Source: Oceanispirochaeta sp. (GTDB taxonomy: Bacteria > Spirochaetota > Spirochaetia > DSM-2461). Taken from it: a DNA stretch of 64,000 nt. The stretch is taken from positions 256,001-320,000 of the forward strand of contig CAXXXD010000001.1 in the NCBI GenBank assembly GCA_963663385.2. The letters run 5' to 3'. Every line of letters begins with the position of its first letter. Positions within the stretch are counted from its first letter, which is position 1. Of this stretch, positions 57,963-64,000 are shown in pieces. The notes beneath the pieces were generated by a model that was not told the origin of the DNA, did no database searches, and saw only the letters and a program-made list of their open reading frames with translations. Both the position numbers and the translations under genes were made by a program.

Positions 57963-59776
57963 ATCCTTCATTCAGTCCGGGTAAGGGTCCGGGTTCACAT
58001 AAAGGTCCGGGGCATGTGGTTATGCAGAAAGTCAGAGTTAAAAATATGCGGTCCCTTCTCGTCAGGTTATGGACCTATTTCCCCGGAGCCAAAACCCGGT
58101 TTCTGACTTCAGTTCTCCTTATCGGTTTAACAACACTGCTTCAGGTTCTGGCACCGTATTATCAGGGAGTTGCCATAGACCGCGGTATTATTGCCGGAAA
58201 TATCGAACAGCTGATCCGGGCCATTCTTATAATGGGAGCCCTGTTCTTTCTCTCCGGACTAATATCACTGGTTCAGAATGTTCTGATGATCGAGATTTCC
58301 CAGCATGTTGTCAAAAACATGAGAAACAAACTTTTCGATAAACTCCAGACCCTCTCTCTCCGGTATTTTGACCGGAACCCCTACGGGGAATTGATGAGCC
58401 GCGTCTCCAATGATATCGATCTGATCAGCCAGACGCTGTCAACCAGCCTGACCCAGCTGATAAGCAGTGTCATTTCCATTGCCGGTGTTACCGTAATGAT
58501 GATGCTGCTTAATACCCGCATGGCCCTTATTGCGCTTGTCACCATTCCCCTGATTATCGTTATAACCAGACACATAGCCAAATATACAAGAAAGGGATAC
58601 AAAGACCAGCAGAGTTTCCTGGGAGAACTGAATGGTCAGATTGAAGAGTCGGTCTCGGCCCTTCCCACAGTCAAACTTTTCGGCACGGAGGAGGACAACC
58701 TCCGGCAGTTTTCCGAAACCAACAGGAAGCTGAAAAAAGCAGCCGTCAGGGCCAATATTTACGGCGGGATAATGGGCCCCACCATGAACCTGATGAGGAA
58801 TCTGAATTTTATCATCGTTGCTTTTGCCGGCGGCTATCTGGCCTTCAACGGTCAAATGAGCATAGGTCTCATAGCTGTTTTCCTGCAATACACGAGGCAG
58901 TTCTCCCGCCCACTGAATCAGATTGCCCAGCTGTATAATCAGCTTCAGTCAGCTCTGGCTGGAGCTGAAAGGGTTTTTACTGTTATGGATGAGGAACCGG
59001 AAATCCGTAATCCGCCGGATCCCCTTCCTGTTGAATCCCTCAGCGGTAAAATCGAATTCAGAAACGTGGACTTTGCCTATGTAGAAGATCAGCGGGTACT
59101 GAAAAATCTCTCATTCTCCGTTCAGAAAGGAATGAACATAGCCATTGTCGGCGAAACAGGCGCGGGAAAAACCACCATTGTCAATCTTCTCACCCGATTC
59201 TATGATATTAATGCCGGATCAATTATCCTTGACGGACATGACATTAAAAAGCTGAAGGTTGAAAATCTGAGAAAGAACCTCGGCTTTGTACTGCAGGATA
59301 CATTTCTATTCTCTGATACGGTACGGGAAAATATCCGCTACGGAAAGCCGGAAGCCACAGACGAGCAGGTTACCGCAGCCGCAGAAATGGCTAATGCCCA
59401 TCATTTTATCCACCGGCTGCCGGAAGGATACGATACGGTACTATCTGAAGAGGGGAATAACCTGAGTGAGGGGCAGAAGCAGCTGCTGGCCATAGCCCGT
59501 GTGATACTCTCGGACCCTTCCATTCTGATACTGGATGAAGCAACCAGCAGTGTTGACAGCAGAACAGAGGCTCATATTCAGCAGGCATTAATGAAACTGA
59601 CGGAAGGACGAACCAGTTTTATCATTGCCCACAGACTGAATACCATCCGCAATGCCGACAGAATTCTTGTTCTGGATCAGGGACGGATTATCGAACAGGG
59701 CAATCATGATACCCTGATAGACAGAAAAGGGGCCTATTACGATTTATACAGCCGGGCGGCCGCATCACTCCCCTGA
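57959..59776 (+). CDS. ABC exporter, heterodimer subunit 2
   Basis: TMD plus NBD; LSEGQ, LDEATS and IAHR. Confidence 0.93.
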   Translation: MNPSFSPGKGPGSHKGPGHVVMQKVRVKNMRSLLVRLWTYFPGAKTRFLTSVLLIGLTTLLQVLAPYYQGVAIDRGIIAGNIEQLIRAILIMGALFFLSGLISLVQNVLMIEISQHVVKNMRNKLFDKLQTLSLRYFDRNPYGELMSRVSNDIDLISQTLSTSLTQLISSVISIAGVTVMMMLLNTRMALIALVTIPLIIVITRHIAKYTRKGYKDQQSFLGELNGQIEESVSALPTVKLFGTEEDNLRQFSETNRKLKKAAVRANIYGGIMGPTMNLMRNLNFIIVAFAGGYLAFNGQMSIGLIAVFLQYTRQFSRPLNQIAQLYNQLQSALAGAERVFTVMDEEPEIRNPPDPLPVESLSGKIEFRNVDFAYVEDQRVLKNLSFSVQKGMNIAIVGETGAGKTTIVNLLTRFYDINAGSIILDGHDIKKLKVENLRKNLGFVLQDTFLFSDTVRENIRYGKPEATDEQVTAAAEMANAHHFIHRLPEGYDTVLSEEGNNLSEGQKQLLAIARVILSDPSILILDEATSSVDSRTEAHIQQALMKLTEGRTSFIIAHRLNTIRNADRILVLDQGRIIEQGNHDTLIDRKGAYYDLYSRAAASLP

Positions 59777-60271
59777 TTCTGAATCGAACCAGAAGTCACA
59801 ACCGTATCCTCCGACGATTGTTCCGGTAGAGACTTCCAGCAACTGCCCTGAAAACCGGTAAGTGTCCCCTTCCAGCAACGCCAGTGTTCCGGCAACCAGA
59901 AGATCCGCCCCCAATAACGACCCGACCTGCAGCTGGGCGTCCCGGTAGGTCAGGCCTTCCAGCTCCAGCGCCTGTTCTTTGATAACCTTATCAACCTGAT
60001 CCCTGGTGACAACCCTTATATTCACATCCTCTTCCCGGAAAGAAGTCACAAGAGCGGTCGCAAGATCATCCCGAAAAAGACTGTAAAGCCTTTCCGGCAG
60101 ATCTTTCTGTTCAAGATCTGCGATTGCCAGTACAGCACCCTCAAACTCTCCCAGCTGTTCAGCAGCTTCCCACCCGAATTCCTCTGCAGCCCCTCGTGAA
60201 TCGGGCAGGGAACTACAGGATGTAAACAGAAACAGAACAGATAATAACAGAGCGAATAGAACATTTCTCAT
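59765..60271 (-). CDS. FlgO/CsgG/HfaB-like lipoprotein
   Basis: Lipobox FTSC; VVTRDQVDKVIKEQ and GSLLGADLLVAG. Confidence 0.75.
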   Translation of the reverse strand: MRNVLFALLLSVLFLFTSCSSLPDSRGAAEEFGWEAAEQLGEFEGAVLAIADLEQKDLPERLYSLFRDDLATALVTSFREEDVNIRVVTRDQVDKVIKEQALELEGLTYRDAQLQVGSLLGADLLVAGTLALLEGDTYRFSGQLLEVSTGTIVGGYGCDFWFDSESGE

Positions 60272-60405
60272 TTCAGACTCCTTATTTCTAATTATAGAAC
60301 CTGTACAATTCCATTTGCCGCTTTTCCGTTCTAAATGATTATAATAATTTTTTACACCCCCTTGAAATAATCAAAGGGGATCGGTTGAAGTCTGAGTTCC
60401 GAAGG

Positions 60406-61365
60406 TCAGCTGACGATGACCCGAATCGAATCATCTACTTTTTTGCGCAGTCCATTTTCAATAAAGCTCAAAGTTCCTGTCAGAGAGCTGACGCATCCCA
60501 TACAGGCGCCTTTGTAGGATATGGTGACATTCGTGCTTTCACCGTTATCAGAAATATCCAGGATTTCCACATCCCCGCCATCATGATGAAGCATAGGGCG
60601 CACTTCTCCGTCAAAGTAGGTCTCAATCAGTTTCATTTTCTGAAAGGAACTTCTTTCAGAGAAAGGAATCTCCCTTTGAGCGGCAGCTTCCATCTCCATA
60701 TGGGCCCGGGTCTCTTTCAGAATATCTACAAGGTAATATTTCTTTTTCTCATGGCCTCCGGGCTGAATGCAGGATTTGCAGAAAGCGCCGGCCTTTGTAT
60801 ATTCGGTAATCTGTTCAACTGTAGTTAAATCGTTAATACGGATGACTTCCTGTATGGTTTTCAAAGTAACCCTGGCGCAATCACAAACCATCTCATCATC
60901 ATCCAGGATTCCTTTTTCGACACCTTTATAAAGGGCGGCGGCCTGTTTGATGACATCATAGGCCATAACACTGCAGTGCATTTTCTGGGGGGGAACAGCC
61001 GGAACATCCGGAGTATCCCGGAGAGCCTTCTCTACATCCAGGTTTGTAATTTCAAGAGCCTCATCTACCGTCTTTCCCAGACAGAGTTCAACCATCATAT
61101 CGCTGGAAGCAATAGCCGTCCCGCAGCCGAAACTCTTAAATGACCCTTTAATGATTTTCTCTGTCTCAAGTTCTACAGCCCAGTAGAGTCGTACCGCATC
61201 ACCACAGGATTCTGCACCCCAGTCGGCAATAACCAGTTTGGCGTTCAAGGCTTTTGCTTCCTCTTCGCTTATCTCTCCCAGATGGAGAGGATTATTCATT
61301 CTGTCTGCTACCTTTTTTGAGTAGTTGTCCCAGAGGGATCCACCCAGCAGATCGTTCTTTGCCAT
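60406..61365 (-). CDS. nifU: Fe-S cluster scaffold NifU (three-domain)
   Basis: CGD, FGCG, KMHCS, CDC...CKSC and GACMGC. Confidence 0.93.
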   Translation of the reverse strand: MAKNDLLGGSLWDNYSKKVADRMNNPLHLGEISEEEAKALNAKLVIADWGAESCGDAVRLYWAVELETEKIIKGSFKSFGCGTAIASSDMMVELCLGKTVDEALEITNLDVEKALRDTPDVPAVPPQKMHCSVMAYDVIKQAAALYKGVEKGILDDDEMVCDCARVTLKTIQEVIRINDLTTVEQITEYTKAGAFCKSCIQPGGHEKKKYYLVDILKETRAHMEMEAAAQREIPFSERSSFQKMKLIETYFDGEVRPMLHHDGGDVEILDISDNGESTNVTISYKGACMGCVSSLTGTLSFIENGLRKKVDDSIRVIVS

Positions 61366-62543
61366 TAACGGCCTCCTGTATATGTACTGGAAATAGACCT
61401 GAGACGGGTAACGGTCTTATTAATCACTTCAATAGCCCGGTCAATTTCCTGTTCTGTTGTAAATCGGGAAAGACTGAATCTAACCCCCGTATGTGCCAGA
61501 TTATTATCGATATCCATTGCCTGAAAAGTGGCATCCGCTTCAAGATCCTCGGAAGAACAGGCACTGCCCGTGGAAGCGGCAATACCATTCTGATTCAAAT
61601 CCCACAGAAAGGCTTCTCCTTCTATACCCATAAAACTGGCAAGGATGGTGTTGGGCGTTCGGAGTTTCCTATCCCCTATAACAGCTGTATCCTTCAGAGA
61701 CAGGATAGCATCTTCCAGTTTATCCCTAAGCCTTCTTGTTTCGGTATTCAGAAAATCCAGATGTTCAATAGCCTGCTTCATGGCCAATCCCATTCCAACC
61801 ATATAGGGGACATTAACAGTTCCGGCCCGCTTGCGCCCCATCTGTTCCCCTCCGTGAAGAAGGGGAATAATCGGCAGATTCTGACGGATATATAGACCGC
61901 CGATCCCCTTGGGACCATGAAATTTATGAGAACTGAAAGTCAGGTAATCAACCGGAACCTCTTTCATATCCACCGGAATTTTTCCGACAGCCTGGACGGC
62001 ATCGGAATGAAAAGGAACACCTTCCCCTTTACAGTAGCCGGCCAGTTCCTTAATCGGATTAATCAGTCCGGTTTCGTTGTTGGCCCACATAATGGATACT
62101 AGAGAGGTCTCTCCCGGTTTCAGATATTCTTTCAGAGCATCCAGGGTTACAATCCCATCCTTGTTGACAGGCAGATAGCTGACCTCCACCCCCGGCAGGG
62201 TCTCAAGAAACTGGCAGGTATGCAGAACAGCCGGATGTTCTATTTCTGATGTAATGATATGACAGGGTTTTCCCTGGGAAACGGCAGAAAAGTATGCATT
62301 TTTCAATACCGTGTTATTGCCCTCGGTTGCACAACCATTTATAATTATATCATCTTGATCGTTGGCATGAAGTCCTTCATACAAACGATCAAGAGCTATA
62401 CTCATTTCCGGATGGGTTTCTGTTCCGAATCGGTGCAGGGAATTCGGATTACCGTAATATTGACAGAAAAAGGGATCCATCGCCTGTTTAACAAGGGGAT
62501 CCACCACTGTGGTGGCATTACTGTCAAGGTATATTCTTTCCAT
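61365..62543 (-). CDS. nifS: Cysteine desulfurase NifS (group I)
   Basis: YLDSNATT, SSHKFHGPKG and STGSACSS. Confidence 0.93.
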   Translation of the reverse strand: MERIYLDSNATTVVDPLVKQAMDPFFCQYYGNPNSLHRFGTETHPEMSIALDRLYEGLHANDQDDIIINGCATEGNNTVLKNAYFSAVSQGKPCHIITSEIEHPAVLHTCQFLETLPGVEVSYLPVNKDGIVTLDALKEYLKPGETSLVSIMWANNETGLINPIKELAGYCKGEGVPFHSDAVQAVGKIPVDMKEVPVDYLTFSSHKFHGPKGIGGLYIRQNLPIIPLLHGGEQMGRKRAGTVNVPYMVGMGLAMKQAIEHLDFLNTETRRLRDKLEDAILSLKDTAVIGDRKLRTPNTILASFMGIEGEAFLWDLNQNGIAASTGSACSSEDLEADATFQAMDIDNNLAHTGVRFSLSRFTTEQEIDRAIEVINKTVTRLRSISSTYTGGR

Positions 62544-62745
62544 TGATATGACTCCTGTTCCAGACTAATATACTCATTTTTGCGTTAGAAGCAAACACAT
62601 ACCTGGGCATATATTACTATTTTTGTAATATTTTTTCACTTTTTCTTGTCCATCTGAGAACCCCTGAGTATATTCATAATTATGTTGGATCTGAAACTGA
62701 CCAGTAGCCATTATCTGATAGTATAGACAATTTCCGGGAGACTTC

Positions 62746-63612
62746 ATGGAAGAATCCAGACTGGGAATGCAGCATCAGCCCCTGCTTGTTCCCCTATTGA
62801 AATACATACATATTCCTCTTTCCGAATACTGCTTTGCCAATCTGTATTTTTTCAGGGAGACCCATTCCTACAATGTCCTGGAGGTAGATAGGGAGTACTT
62901 CCTCTCGGGAATAAGCTATGATAAAAAGCGCTATCTGATGCCTCTGAAAGACCTGAAGAAGAATCCTGAGTATAAAGAGAGCCTTCTAAAACTGGGAAAG
63001 GAAGGAGGCTATGATCTGATTTTTCCAATCCCCGAAACCTGGCTGCCTGAATTTGAAGGCCTTGAACTGAAAACGGATTACCTGGAACAGGACTCAGACT
63101 ATCTGTACAGAACCGAAAAAATGCAGACCTATTCCGGAAGAAAACTTCATAAGAAGCGGAACCTTCTAAAGCAGTTCAAGGAGCTGAATAACGCCGAAAC
63201 GCAAATTATGGATGCCTCCAATATTCATGAACCTCTGGAACTCCTTGATCTATGGCAGGCCTCTTCCACTCAGGAGATGGGGGATTCCGATTACTACCAA
63301 TGCCGGGATGCTTTGATTCATCGGGACAGCTTCAATCTGAAGGGTGCTGTATTCTATGCAGATAAAACAGCTGTGGGATTTATGATTGGCGAGGCTGTCA
63401 GCGATTCCGTCTTTACCATTCATTTCGCCAAAGGAAATGTTTCTGCCAAGGGGATCTACCAGTATATGTTTAATCAGTATTCCCTGGATTTCTGCAGGGA
63501 TTATGAATTTATCAATCTGGAGCAGGATCTGGGCATTGAGGGGTTACGCAAAACAAAAAGATCCTATGTCCCCGATCATATGGCATATAAATATCGAATC
63601 CATCTGAAATAA
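62746..63612 (+). CDS. DUF2156 family aminoacyl-tRNA-dependent transferase-like (GNAT) protein
   Basis: SEYCFANLY, DYLY, GRKLHKKRN, HFAKG and INLEQDLGIEGLRKTKRSY. Confidence 0.85.
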   Translation: MEESRLGMQHQPLLVPLLKYIHIPLSEYCFANLYFFRETHSYNVLEVDREYFLSGISYDKKRYLMPLKDLKKNPEYKESLLKLGKEGGYDLIFPIPETWLPEFEGLELKTDYLEQDSDYLYRTEKMQTYSGRKLHKKRNLLKQFKELNNAETQIMDASNIHEPLELLDLWQASSTQEMGDSDYYQCRDALIHRDSFNLKGAVFYADKTAVGFMIGEAVSDSVFTIHFAKGNVSAKGIYQYMFNQYSLDFCRDYEFINLEQDLGIEGLRKTKRSYVPDHMAYKYRIHLK

Positions 63613-63659
63613 CCTTAATATCATTGATTCATACCTGTATGTGATGATAAAGTCTGGCT

Positions 63660-64000
63660 ATGGAACAAATGAAACGCACCGTTACCTGCGGCGGATTGAC
63701 CGCAAAAAACGAAGGACAAACAATCATTTTAAATGGATGGGTTCACAGAAACAGGGACCACGGCGGAGTCCATTTTATAAACCTGAGAGATAGATACGGG
63801 GAAACCCAGATAGTAGTAGACGAAAACGCCCCGGAGACTCTCAAGAAGAAAGCCGACAGCCTGAAATTCGAATACTGCGTAGCAATGGAAGGAGTTGTAA
63901 GACTCCGTCCGGAAAATATGATCAATCCGGATATGGCAACGGGAGAAGTTGAAGTTTCCGTAAAGGAAATAACAGTTCTCAATGAGTGTCTGACCCTGCC
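63660..64000 (+). CDS. aspS: Aspartate--tRNA ligase, 5' part (truncated by the window edge)
   Basis: Manual translation MEQMKRTVTCG...GWVHRNRDHGGVHFINLRDRYG...TGEVEV. Confidence 0.95.
   Translation, partial: MEQMKRTVTCGGLTAKNEGQTIILNGWVHRNRDHGGVHFINLRDRYGETQIVVDENAPETLKKKADSLKFEYCVAMEGVVRLRPENMINPDMATGEVEVSVKEITVLNECLTL

Overview
Bacterial chromosomal window, most likely from a free-living anaerobic spirochete. This is inferred from the class I LysRS, the Bat operon, an Era with a GRPSAGKS P-loop and spirochete-style signal peptides. Most of the window is housekeeping or metabolic: OmpA, dksA, infA, smr, a moxR-bat operon, argJ, cobQ, rmuC, clpP, era, an ErcA/ErcS-like pair, lysS, rlpA, avtA, c-di-GMP proteins, an SBP-kinase-sigma54 regulator system, an ECF transporter with a DUF62 SAM hydrolase, a heterodimeric ABC exporter, nifS-nifU and the start of aspS. 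The most unusual part is an AT-rich accessory patch (~24.3-28.2 kb) at the 3' end of lysS. It holds a truncated XRE regulator, a RelBE-type TA pair, two attC-like palindromic elements, a frameshifted orphan RHS C-terminus with an unknown toxin tip and a lipoprotein immunity candidate, and a BrnTA module bracketed by a ~105-bp duplication of the lysS 3' end plus terminator. No integrase is present. Other leads are an unlisted 52-aa ORF behind a sigma-54 promoter with enhancer palindromes, a DtxR-family regulator that has lost its primary metal ligands, an epsilonproteobacterial-like NifSU pair, and a free-standing DUF2156 transferase next to aspS. No rRNA, tRNA or CRISPR array was seen. All family assignments come from motif recognition by eye; no searches were run.
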